From Dehalococcoidia bacterium (GTDB lineage Bacteria > Chloroflexota > Dehalococcoidia > Lucifugimonadales > UBA3495), in the NCBI GenBank assembly GCA_964291335.2, contig OZ219748.1, positions 609,479 through 673,478 on the forward strand: a stretch of DNA of 64,000 bases, written 5' to 3'. This document shows positions 18,992 to 28,500 of this stretch, one piece after another. The position numbers were made by a program, and so were the translations under genes. How positions within the stretch are numbered: position 1 is the first letter of the stretch; each line of letters begins with the position of its first letter. The notes below the pieces were generated by a model, which had not been told where the DNA came from, did no database searches, and was given only the letters and a program-made list of their open reading frames with translations.

Positions 18992-19204
18992 CTGCGGCCC
19001 GGGCTTTTATTTGCTCCGGCTGGTGGGGACGCCCGGTTCCCGGGACGAAGTGGTAGTGGCGCTGGCCGCAACGGTAAGTCTGCCGGCTGCGGGAGCGTCC
19101 GTATTTGGGCCGCCAGTTGGCGCCGCAGCGGGGGCATTCCGTCCCGGAATGCTCCGGGTTGGGCCATGCTGCTGCCTCCCGGCGGTCTGATTTCACGGCG
19201 AACC

Positions 19205-19249
19205 CGGTTATACACTTTACCAACGCATGTTGGGAATGCCGCGTCAGGC
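19205..19249. repeat. Inverted, diverged copy of the 28-nt array unit plus a 16-nt exact match to 16601-16616
   Basis: TATACACtttaCCAACGCatgTTGGGAATgCC compares with the reverse complement of the array unit, CGATACACCAACGCGCATTGGGAATACC. GGAATGCCGCGTCAGG is identical at 19233-19248 and 16601-16616. Confidence 0.6.
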
Positions 19250-19445
19250 GCTTTCTCCCCGGCGTGGTTAAACGGCAGCGGTTATTTGACACCGACCGGT
19301 GAAACGGGAGAATAATGTAAATCCGGCCAATTTACGCCCGGACGGTCAAGTTGAAAATCTCTCGCCGCCAATTATAATTGGCTTCAGGCGTCTCCGGCCT
19401 GAATCAGGCCCCAGCTTCCAGTTGAACCGCGAGGCGGAATCTATA

Positions 19446-21119
19446 ATGAATGAGCTGCAAGGGAATGAGCTGCAAGGTTATCAGCTCGCCGAATCTCTGG
19501 CCGCCGGGCTCCGCTGCCTGGAAAGATACCGGGATTCCATCAATGCCCTGAACGTCTTTCCCGTGCCCGACGGCGATACCGGCACTAATATGGTGCTTAC
19601 TTTAAGGGCCGGCGTGGAGCAATGCACCCGGTCGGGCGACGTTACTGCCGAACAGGTCGCCCGGCAAGTGGCTGACGGAACTTTCTGGGAGGCCCGGGGC
19701 AACAGCGGCGTGATCCTGTCCCAATTCTTCAAGGGGATTGCGCAGGGGTTGGCCGGGGCTAATCGGGTGGCCGGAACCGATTTAACCCGCTCCTTTCGCG
19801 CCGCTACCGAAGCAGCGTACCAATCGGTGGGCAGCCCGGTGGAAGGAACCATGCTGACGGTAATCCGGCGAGTTGCCGAAGCCCTGGAGGAACGGCAGGG
19901 GCAGGAAGGAAACGATGACGCCCTCGCCGCCTGGGCAATGGCTTACCAGGCCTCCCGGGACGCCCTGGAGAGTACCCCGTCCCTGCTGCCCCGGCTTCGG
20001 GAAGCCGGCGTTGTTGACGCCGGCGGCATGGGCATCGTGGTTATCCTGGGCGGAGCTTATGTTTACCTGACTGGCGGCGCGCCGGACGAGGCGGATTTGA
20101 ACCTGGCTACTACTGCCGGAGCTATCGACCCGGCTCAACCGGCAGCGATTGGCGTGGCAAGCGACTTTCTGGACACCTCCGGAGAACCCGAGTGGGGCTA
20201 CTGTACCCAGTTCCTGATTCAGGGTAGCCAGCTGGATATAGAGCGGGTTCGGGCAGATTTGGCGCAGCGGGCTGAATCGCTGGTCATCGTGGGCGATGAC
20301 CGGTTCATCCGGGTGCACGTTCACCTGGAAGACCCGGGCGCAGCGCTCAGCTACGGGGTTGCTCTGGGGGAACTGTCCCAAATTAAAATCGATAACATGA
20401 ACCTGCAAAATGCGGATTGGGCCGCCGGACACCAGCCGGGCGGCGGCGAGGTCAAGGCCGGCTCCAGGTTGGTGGCGGTAGCCCCCGGAGATGGTCTGGC
20501 CCAACTCTTCCGGGATTCGGGCTGCGCCGTGGTGGTAAGCGGCGGGCAAACCATGAACCCCAGCGTGGCCCAACTGGTCAAGGCAGCCGAGGCTTCGGCC
20601 GGCGCAGAAGTAATCCTGCTGCCCAACAACAAAAACGTAACCATTACCGCCACCCAGGCGGCCGAACGCGGTATCGATGGCCTGTCCCTGCACGTAGTGC
20701 CTACCAACACCGTTGCCCAGGGCATGGCGGCAACCCTGGCTTTTAACCCGGAAGCCGACCTCCAGCAAAATCTGCAAGCCATGCGCGCCGCGGCCAATGC
20801 CGTGATTTCCATTGAGGTTACCCGGTCGGTGCGGGATACTACGCTGGGCGGCGTTGCCGTGAAGGAAGGGGACTATATGGGTCTGCGGGATGGCGATTTG
20901 GCTGCGCTGGCCGATTCCCCGGAAGCTGCCTTGTTAGCTGTGTTGGACGGAATAGGGTTGAGCGAGGAGCATATCGTTACCCTGTTTCGGGGTTCCGACA
21001 GCGACCCCGGTCGGGCTGAGGCGCTTCCGGGCAGGCTGACGGCGAAAACGCCGGGCCTTCAAGTGGATTTGGTTTACGGCGGGCAGCCCCACTATCCCTA
21101 TTTTGCTTCCGTGGAGTAA
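19446..21119 (+). CDS. yloV: DAK2 domain fusion protein YloV
   Basis: INALNVFPVPDGDTGTNM and GNSGVILSQFFKG motifs, about 557 aa. The start is taken at ATG 19446 (MNELQG). The track ORF starts at 19299. Confidence 0.85.
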   Translation: MNELQGNELQGYQLAESLAAGLRCLERYRDSINALNVFPVPDGDTGTNMVLTLRAGVEQCTRSGDVTAEQVARQVADGTFWEARGNSGVILSQFFKGIAQGLAGANRVAGTDLTRSFRAATEAAYQSVGSPVEGTMLTVIRRVAEALEERQGQEGNDDALAAWAMAYQASRDALESTPSLLPRLREAGVVDAGGMGIVVILGGAYVYLTGGAPDEADLNLATTAGAIDPAQPAAIGVASDFLDTSGEPEWGYCTQFLIQGSQLDIERVRADLAQRAESLVIVGDDRFIRVHVHLEDPGAALSYGVALGELSQIKIDNMNLQNADWAAGHQPGGGEVKAGSRLVAVAPGDGLAQLFRDSGCAVVVSGGQTMNPSVAQLVKAAEASAGAEVILLPNNKNVTITATQAAERGIDGLSLHVVPTNTVAQGMAATLAFNPEADLQQNLQAMRAAANAVISIEVTRSVRDTTLGGVAVKEGDYMGLRDGDLAALADSPEAALLAVLDGIGLSEEHIVTLFRGSDSDPGRAEALPGRLTAKTPGLQVDLVYGGQPHYPYFASVE

Positions 21120-21123
21120 GGCA

Positions 21124-21963
21124 TTGGCGATCCGCATCGTTACCGACAGCACCGCAGACCTACCCCCCTCCCTGGCGGCAGAGCTGAATATCACCGTGGT
21201 TCCCGCCAGCGTAATTCTGGACGATGTTGCCTACCGCGACGGCATCGATTTAACGCCCGACCAGTTTTACGCCCAACTGCTTAACGGCAGCCGCCTGCCA
21301 ACCACATCCCAGCCCTCGGTGGGGGACTTCCAGTCGGCCTACCGGGAATTGGCGGAACAGGGCCATTCCATAATCTCGCTCCACATATCCGGCAAGCTGA
21401 GCGGCACGGCAAACTCGGCCGGCCAGGCAAAGGCGGCCCTGGGCGATTCGGCCAGCGTAGAAATAGTTGATACCGGCCTGGCCTCTATTGGCCTGCTTCT
21501 GGTGATTGTGGCGGCCAGTTCACTGGCCGGTCAGTCCGATTCCCTCGCTGCCGTAGCCGGGCAGGTACGGCAAAACCTGGACAAAACCCGCGTCGTGTTC
21601 GCCCTGGATACCCTGGAATACCTGCAAAAGGGCGGGCGTATCGGCAAAGCGCAGGCGTTCGTCGGGTCGCTGCTGAGCGTCAAGCCGGTTCTCACCCTCC
21701 ACGATGGCGAGGTACACCCCCTGGAAAAGCCCCGCAATCACCAGCGGGCCATGGGCCGTCTGGAGGCGCTGACCCGGCAGCGCGCGCCGGCCGCTCGCCT
21801 GGCTATTGCTTACAGCACGGAACAAAGCTGGGCCGAAGAACTGCGGGACCGGCTGAGCGACCTGGTCCCGCCGGAGCAGATTATTATGTCCCGTTTTGGC
21901 CCCAGCCTCGGCGTTTACGTAGGCCCCCGTGCGGTGGGCGTGGCCATTACTTCCGCCGGGTAG
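21124..21963 (+). CDS. DegV family fatty-acid-binding protein
   Basis: IRIVTDSTADLP N-terminus and TSQPS motif. TTG at 21124 is preceded by GGAG. Conserved yloV-degV-recG neighbourhood. Confidence 0.85.
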   Translation: MAIRIVTDSTADLPPSLAAELNITVVPASVILDDVAYRDGIDLTPDQFYAQLLNGSRLPTTSQPSVGDFQSAYRELAEQGHSIISLHISGKLSGTANSAGQAKAALGDSASVEIVDTGLASIGLLLVIVAASSLAGQSDSLAAVAGQVRQNLDKTRVVFALDTLEYLQKGGRIGKAQAFVGSLLSVKPVLTLHDGEVHPLEKPRNHQRAMGRLEALTRQRAPAARLAIAYSTEQSWAEELRDRLSDLVPPEQIIMSRFGPSLGVYVGPRAVGVAITSAG

Positions 21964-22026
21964 CCGGCATCGGCGCCGGCTGCCGCCGCTGCTGATTTTG
22001 ACTTACACCGGTTTGACGCAACGGCT

Positions 22027-24630
22027 ATGACCGACCATACCGATAAATACCGCCGTTGGCTGACGCCCTTTCGCCGCATCCTGGAACTGGAAAAAGCCAA
22101 CGGCTGGCAAAACAAGGCTGTCGTGGGCGGGCTGGACTGCTTTCTCCGCCAGTGGGCCGGCGAGCTGGCCGCTTTTCTGGAGGACGCCCGGGCCAACGGC
22201 GGGCTGGCCCGCCCGGTTTACGCCGCGTTAACCCCGGAACAGCGGCAGGAATGGGCCGCTCGGTGGCGCCCCTTGCTGGAAGGCCGCTCCCCGCCCGAAC
22301 CAGCCCCGGCCGATGAACGCCAGAATTGGGCAGAGCCGTCGCACGCCCCGCCGGAAGGCTGCCCGGCGCCGGCGGCCGCAGCTGCACCGCCACCGCCGGC
22401 GGAAGCCCGGCAAAAGGCTGCCGACCAGCCGGCCCGGCCTGGTTCCCCCGGCAGCGGCGCCGGCAGTCGGGCGCCGGCAGCCGGGCTTTCAGCCGACAAG
22501 GACCTGGAGGCCCCGGTCAAGACCCTGCGGCGGGTTTCCGATAAGCAATCGGCCCAGCTGGCCCGGCTGGGCGTTAACACCATCCGGGACCTGCTGTATT
22601 TCTTCCCCCGCCGCCACATTGACTATTCCCGGAAGGTTAAGGTGGCCGAGCTGACCTACGGTCAGGAGGCAACGGTGCAGGGCCGCCTGCAGCATGTGGC
22701 GGAGACCCGACGCGGGCGGCCGGGGCAGAAAGCTACCGAGGCCCTTTTGTCGGACGAAACCGGCAGCGTTCAGGTAACCTGGTTCAACCAGCCGTACCTG
22801 TCGCGAACCCTGAAACCCGGCATTGCCCTGGCAGTAAGCGGCCGGGTTGAGGCGTACGGCGGCCGGCGGGTGTTTGAATCGCCGGAGTATGAAATCATCT
22901 CCCGGAACCGGGCGGCCATTCACACCGGCCGAATGCTGCCGGTCTATCCCCTGACCGCCGGCCTTTGGGCCAGGACGCTCCGGGGCCTTACCTGGCAGGC
23001 GCTGCGGGATTACCTGCCTCAAGTGGACGAGACGCTGCCGCCAGCGGCCCGGCAGCGGGCGGACCTGTGTCCCTTGCCGGAAGCCATCCGGCAGGCCCAT
23101 TACCCGGACAGCGAGGCGCACTGGGCCGCCGCCCGCCGCCGGCTGGCCTTCGAAGAACTCTTGACCTTGCAGCTGGTGGTGCTCACCTGGCGGCAGCGGG
23201 CCAACGCGGGGGTATCGGGAATCGCCATAACCGGGGACGCCGGCCTGACCGACCGCCTGATTGCTTCCCTCCCCTTTTCGCTGACCGGGGCGCAGCTGCG
23301 GTGCATCCGGGAGATCCTGGCGGACATGCGCCGGGGCACGCCGCCGATGAACCGCCTGCTGCAAGGCGAGGTGGGCAGCGGCAAAACCGTAGTCGCCCTG
23401 GCCGCCCTGCTCTCCGCCATCGGCGCCGGCCGCCAGGGCGCCATTATGGCGCCTACCGAAGTGCTGGCCGAGCAGCACTTTCAGACGGTAACCCGGCTGC
23501 TGGACGGCATGGCCTTTACCCACCAGTCGGACAACCTGCTGACCGCCTCGGTGGGTTCCCTGGGAAGACCGATAACCGTCGGCCTGCTTACCGGAAGCAC
23601 CCGGGCCCGGCCGCGCCGCAAAATTTCCGGCATGGCTTCGGAAGCCAGCCTGAACCTGCTCATCGGCACCAATGCCCTGATTCAGGAGGGGGTGGAACTG
23701 CCCAACCTGGCCCTGGCGGTTATCGATGAACAGCACCGCTTCGGAGTAATGCAGCGCTCCGCCCTGCGGCAGAAGAGCAGCGGGAACCCGCACACTCTGG
23801 TAATGTCGGCCACCCCCATACCACGCACCCTGACCCTGACCCTGTACGGAGACCTGGACCTTTCCAGCCTGGATGAACTCCCACCGGGCCGACCGGAAAC
23901 CCGTACCCGCTGGGCGGAACCGGACCGGCGGGAGGCGGTTTACGAGTTCATCCGCCGCCAGGCGCTCGATGGACGGCAGGCCTTTATCGTCTATCCTCTG
24001 ATTGATGAGTCGGAGGCCATTGATACCAAAGCCGCGGTCGATGGACACCGCCGGCTGTCCGGCGAGGTCTTTCCCGACTTGCGGCTGGGCCTGCTTCACG
24101 GGCGAATGTCGGCGGCGGAAAAGGACCGAACCTTGAGCCGTTTCCGCGACGGCGAACTGGACATTCTGATTACCACGGCGGTGGTTGAAGTCGGCATCGA
24201 CGTGCCTAACGCTACGGTTATGCTGATTGAGGGAGCCGACCGGTTCGGGCTTTCCCAGCTGCACCAGTTCCGCGGACGCGTCGGCCGCGGCCAGCACAAG
24301 AGCTACTGCATCCTTATGTCCGACGACCCCTCTGAAACCGCCAAAGAGCGGTTGGCCGCCCTGGAAAGCACCAGTGACGGGTTTCAACTGGCCGAAGCGG
24401 ACCTGGCGTTGCGGGGGCCGGGCGAATTCTTCGGCACCCGGCAAAGCGGGCTGCCCAGCCTGAAAATGGCTCAACTCGCCGACCGGCAATTGCTGGAACT
24501 GGCCCGGAACGAAGCCCGGCTGATTCTGGACGACGACCCCGGGTTAAGCCGCCCGGAGTATCAGCCTCTGGCGGCCCAGTTAGCCCGTTTCCGGGCTAGG
24601 GGCAGCGCCGCCGGCGCAGAAATCAGCTAG
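22027..24630 (+). CDS. recG: ATP-dependent DNA helicase RecG with about 165-aa N-terminal extension
   Basis: Wedge-domain region, Walker A GEVGSGKTVVA, DEQHRFG, QLHQFRGRVGRG. The extension contains an Ala/Pro-rich low-complexity segment. Confidence 0.93.
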   Translation: MTDHTDKYRRWLTPFRRILELEKANGWQNKAVVGGLDCFLRQWAGELAAFLEDARANGGLARPVYAALTPEQRQEWAARWRPLLEGRSPPEPAPADERQNWAEPSHAPPEGCPAPAAAAAPPPPAEARQKAADQPARPGSPGSGAGSRAPAAGLSADKDLEAPVKTLRRVSDKQSAQLARLGVNTIRDLLYFFPRRHIDYSRKVKVAELTYGQEATVQGRLQHVAETRRGRPGQKATEALLSDETGSVQVTWFNQPYLSRTLKPGIALAVSGRVEAYGGRRVFESPEYEIISRNRAAIHTGRMLPVYPLTAGLWARTLRGLTWQALRDYLPQVDETLPPAARQRADLCPLPEAIRQAHYPDSEAHWAAARRRLAFEELLTLQLVVLTWRQRANAGVSGIAITGDAGLTDRLIASLPFSLTGAQLRCIREILADMRRGTPPMNRLLQGEVGSGKTVVALAALLSAIGAGRQGAIMAPTEVLAEQHFQTVTRLLDGMAFTHQSDNLLTASVGSLGRPITVGLLTGSTRARPRRKISGMASEASLNLLIGTNALIQEGVELPNLALAVIDEQHRFGVMQRSALRQKSSGNPHTLVMSATPIPRTLTLTLYGDLDLSSLDELPPGRPETRTRWAEPDRREAVYEFIRRQALDGRQAFIVYPLIDESEAIDTKAAVDGHRRLSGEVFPDLRLGLLHGRMSAAEKDRTLSRFRDGELDILITTAVVEVGIDVPNATVMLIEGADRFGLSQLHQFRGRVGRGQHKSYCILMSDDPSETAKERLAALESTSDGFQLAEADLALRGPGEFFGTRQSGLPSLKMAQLADRQLLELARNEARLILDDDPGLSRPEYQPLAAQLARFRARGSAAGAEIS

Positions 24631-25381
24631 CCGGCCCGCCATCGGCCGGCGGCCGGAAGCGGTAGCCCACATTCCAGACCGTTTCAACAAAGGAATGGTC
24701 CGGGTCTTCAATTTTGGCGCGCAGCCGCCGCACATGCACATCCACCGTCCGGGTGCCGCCCAGATAATCGTAGCCCCAAACCTGACTTAAGAGAACATCC
24801 CTCGTATAAACCCGCCCCGGGTTAGAGGCCAGCATCACCAGCAACTGAAACTCCTTGTAAGTCAAAGACACCCGCCGCCCGGCCATGCTCACTTCGTAGC
24901 GTTCCAGGTCAATCGCCAAATCGCCCAACTTCAGCAGCTGCCCGCCGGCCGGGCCGCTTACCCGGTAAATCGCCTGCCTGATGCGCGCCGCCAGTTCCCC
25001 TTCCTGCATCGGGCTCAGAATAAACTCATCCGGGTTCAGCGTCGGGTCATACGAAGCCACCAGCTCCCGGGGCACCACGGCCAGCGCCGGCAGGTTCAAC
25101 CGCCGGCAGCCCTCCGCCAGCTCCCGGCACCCGAAAGCATCGAAAGACATCACGTCCAGCAGCACGGCATCCACCGGGGATTGGGCCGAAGAAACCGCAT
25201 CTTCGACCATCGCCATGTCTGAACCAAACCGGCAGGACAACCCCGCCTGGCTGACCGATTCCAGCAGGGGTTGCAGCCCGGCGCCATGCTTTGCCAGAAG
25301 AAAGACGCTGTACAAGGAACCATCCGGCGGGCAGAAAGTGGTTTGCCCGCCCAGTATATTCGATTCGGCCCGACAAACCAA
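24623..25381 (-). CDS. OmpR/PhoB-family winged-helix regulator with degenerate (probably phosphorylation-independent) receiver domain
   Basis: The C-terminus LTYKEFQLLVMLASNPGRVYTRDVLLSQVWGYDY...VDVHVRRLRAKIE...VWNVGYRF is canonical. In the receiver, the acidic pair is replaced (VFLLAKH), the Asp is kept (LLDVM), the Thr position is LAVVPRE and the Lys position is FILSPM. The exact start is uncertain. Confidence 0.8.
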   Translation of the reverse strand: MVCRAESNILGGQTTFCPPDGSLYSVFLLAKHGAGLQPLLESVSQAGLSCRFGSDMAMVEDAVSSAQSPVDAVLLDVMSFDAFGCRELAEGCRRLNLPALAVVPRELVASYDPTLNPDEFILSPMQEGELAARIRQAIYRVSGPAGGQLLKLGDLAIDLERYEVSMAGRRVSLTYKEFQLLVMLASNPGRVYTRDVLLSQVWGYDYLGGTRTVDVHVRRLRAKIEDPDHSFVETVWNVGYRFRPPADGGPAS

Positions 25382-25398
25382 ACTCCGGCCGCCAAAGC

Positions 25399-25429
25399 TA
25401 TTCCCTTATCGGAGCTTTTCTGCTAAAGT
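25399..25429 (+). promoter_or_regulatory. Promoter-like module shared with the paralog: TATTCCC-N15-TGCTAAAGT
   Basis: gcTATTCCCttatcggagcttttcTGCTAAAGT, about 68 nt upstream of the ATG at 25497. It has the same spacing as the module at 18959-18991 (- strand). Confidence 0.4.
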
Positions 25430-25496
25430 TAACAACCGTAGCCCCGCTGACGGAAAATACTCATTGGACCAAGTCTGCAACCTGACGAGGCAACCT

Positions 25497-25565
25497 ATGG
25501 CAGATAAAGGCGGCCACCGCCCCGGCTTTGGAATTACCCCCCCCCCCCCCGAGTTTGGTGGGTAA
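25497..25565 (+). other. 22-codon leader ORF homologous to the N-terminus of the paralog, out of frame with the main ORF; stop overlaps the main ATG (TAATG)
   Basis: ATG at 25497 with GAGG 7 nt upstream, encoding [22 protein letters not shown]. The paralog begins [25 protein letters not shown]. One extra C would read ...[15 protein letters not shown] in frame with 25565-29293. Confidence 0.7.
25537..25550 (+). repeat. Homopolymeric tract C14 in the leader of the second surface-protein gene
   Basis: Counted directly: 4+10 C across 25537-25550. Confidence 0.9.
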
Positions 25566-28500
25566 TGCGAATGCGACACTTGCATAGAATTAACCCAATC
25601 CTGCTTGGGCTGGCCCTCATCGCCCCCCTCATCCTCGCGGTGATGCTCGCCTCCCCCGGACGCGTTGGCGCATCAATCCTCGCCTCCTTCGCCAACCAGT
25701 CCGCCGTCCCGTCCGCCCCAACCGGCTTCAACGCAACTGCCGGCCAAAGCAGGGCAAACCTTTCCTGGACCAACCCCAACAACGACACCATCGACTACTA
25801 CGAATACCAGCAGAAAGTGGGAGACGCCAACTACGGCGCCTGGGCGGAGATTCCCAACTCCCACAAAGACACCACCAGCGCCCGGATAACCGGCCTCGCC
25901 GCCGGCGTCGCCCACAAGTTCAAGATTCGCGCCAGAAACTCCGCCGGCCCCGGCGCCGCGTCCGCAGAGGCAACCGCAACCCCCTCCGCCCCATCGCTAA
26001 GGCTCTTCGTAACCGCCGGCAACGGACAGGCAACCCTCAAATGGGAACTCTCCGGCCCCTACGCAAGTGTTTCGACGTGGAAAATTTGGAGTTACTCCAT
26101 TTTTGAGAATAGGTCGTGGTCCAACGAGATAGAGATATGCGCACAAGTTTCGAATGCGGGATGCCCCAGCCGCAGAACACATACGGTATCCAGCCTCACT
26201 AACGGGCAAGAGTACCAAATCGAAGTCATTCTGACCCCCAGCAACCTCGTCAGCGGGCTTGGAAGCTTCGGTGGGTATTCCAACGCAGTGACCTTCACTC
26301 CTTCGGATTCGGCGCCCGTCCCGTCGGGAACCCCCGCCGCCCCCGCCGGCTTCACCGCCACCGCCGGCGGCAGCAAAGCAACCCTCAGCTGGACCGACCC
26401 AGGCGATGAAACCATCAAAAACTGGCAGTACCGCAGCAAGCGAGGCGGACGCACCTACGGAGACTGGACAGACATCCCCAGCTCCGACAAAGATACGACC
26501 ACCTACGAAGTCGCCGGCCTCGCCAACGGCACGGCGTACGCCTTTCAGGTTCGCGCCGTCAACGGCGCCGGCTACGGCGCCGAACCCGCAGCGCAGAGCG
26601 CCACCCCCGCCGACGCACCGACGCCTACCCACACGCCTACCCACACCCACACGCCGACGGCCACACCTACCGATACCCCCACGCCTACCCACACGCCGAC
26701 GGCAACGCCCACCGACACGCCTACGCCTACCCACACCCCCACGCCTACCCACACGCCGACGGCAACACCTACCGACACGCCCACGCCGACGGCAACACCT
26801 ACCGACACGCCCACGCCGACGGCAACACCTACCGACACGCCCACGCCGACGGCAACACCTACCGACACGCCCACGCCGACGGCAACCCCAACCGATACAC
26901 CCACGCCGACGGCAACACCTACCGATACACCCACGCCGACGGCAACCCCAACCGACACACCCACGCCGACGGCAACACCTACCGATACGCCCACGCCGAC
27001 GGCAACACCTACCGATACGCCCACGCCGACGGCAACACCTACCGACACGCCCACGCCGACGGCAACACCTACCGACACGCCCACGCCGACGGCAACACCT
27101 ACCGATACGCCCACGCCGACGGCAACACCTACCGACACGCCCACGCCGACGGCAACACCTACCGATACGCCCACGCCCACCGCTACACCCACCGACACGC
27201 CCACGCCTACCGCTACACCAACCGATACGCCCACGCCTACCGCCACACCTACTGATACCCCCACGCCTACCGCTACACCCACCGACACACCCACGCCCAC
27301 CGCTACACCCACCGACACACCCACGCCTACCGCTACACCAACCGATACGCCCACGCCTACCGCCACACCTACTGATACCCCCACGCCTACCGCTACACCC
27401 ACCGACACACCCACGCCCACCGCTACACCCACCGACACACCCACGCCTACCGCCACCCCAACCGATACGCCCACGCCTACCGCCACACCTACCGACACGC
27501 CCACGCCTACCGCTACACCAACCGACACCCCCACGCCCACCGCTACACCAACCGATACCCCAACCCCGACGGCAACACCCACGCCCGGAGGCGCACCCAC
27601 CGACACGCCCACGCCTACCGCCACACCTACTGATACCCCCACGCCCACCGCTACACCCACGGATACCCCCACGCCTACCGCTACACCTACCGATACGCCT
27701 ACGCCTACCGCCACACCTACCGATACGCCCACGCCTACCAATACACCAACCGACACCCCCACGCCCACCGCTACACCAACCGATACCCCAACCCCGACGG
27801 CAACACCCACGCCCGGAGGCGCACCCACCGACACGCCCACGCCTACCGCCACACCTACTGATACCCCCACGCCCACCGCTACACCTACCGACACGCCCAC
27901 GCCCACCGCCACACCTACCGATACCCCAACCCCGACGGCAACACCCACGCCCGGAGGCGCACCCACCGACACGCCTACTGATACCCCAACCCCGACGGCA
28001 ACACCCACGCCTACCAACACACCCACCGATACACCCACGCCTACCAGTACGGCCACGCCAACCCCAACGCCGACCGCCACCCATACGCCCACGCCGGACC
28101 CGCAGTCCATCACCAGCGGCGCCGGGACGGAAGCAGACCCGTACATCATCCGGGCGGCGAACCAGGATATCGAGGCGGCGGCGTTTTTCAGGGAACGGGT
28201 GGCCTCTGACGGCGGCCGCCTGGTGGCAACCTGGTTCCGCTTTGACCTGACCGAGCCGATGGCCGGGCGGTTTGGCGCCAGCATAATGACCGACCCGACG
28301 GGCCACAACATCGATACCCATTTCCGGGCGTACAACGCCGCGGACGAGGAGCTGGCGAAGATTTCGTTGGTACGCCCGGAGACGCCGCAGATGCTGAAGA
28401 CCGACGAACTGACCGGGGTGAGCTACCTGACGCTCCGGCTGGAGGACTGGGACCAGCCGAAGATAACCAGCCTGAAGGTGCGTTTCACCACGCAGCCGCC

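Larger units (their letters stand above)
18894..19292 (-). pseudogene. Possible relic of a transposase N-terminal zinc-ribbon (IS1/IS1595-like); may be non-coding
   Basis: The track ORF contains ECPRCGANWRPKYGRSRSRQTYRCGQRHYHFVPGTG, resembling the CPxCG...YRC..C..F zinc ribbon but with the second Cys pair degenerate. There is no transposase body, and the 3' part overlaps the promoter-like module of the surface gene. Confidence 0.25.

Noticed and set aside
22489-24489. 666-aa minus-strand ORF.
   Set aside because: It is antisense to recG, whose helicase motifs are unambiguous. It is a GC-driven open frame.
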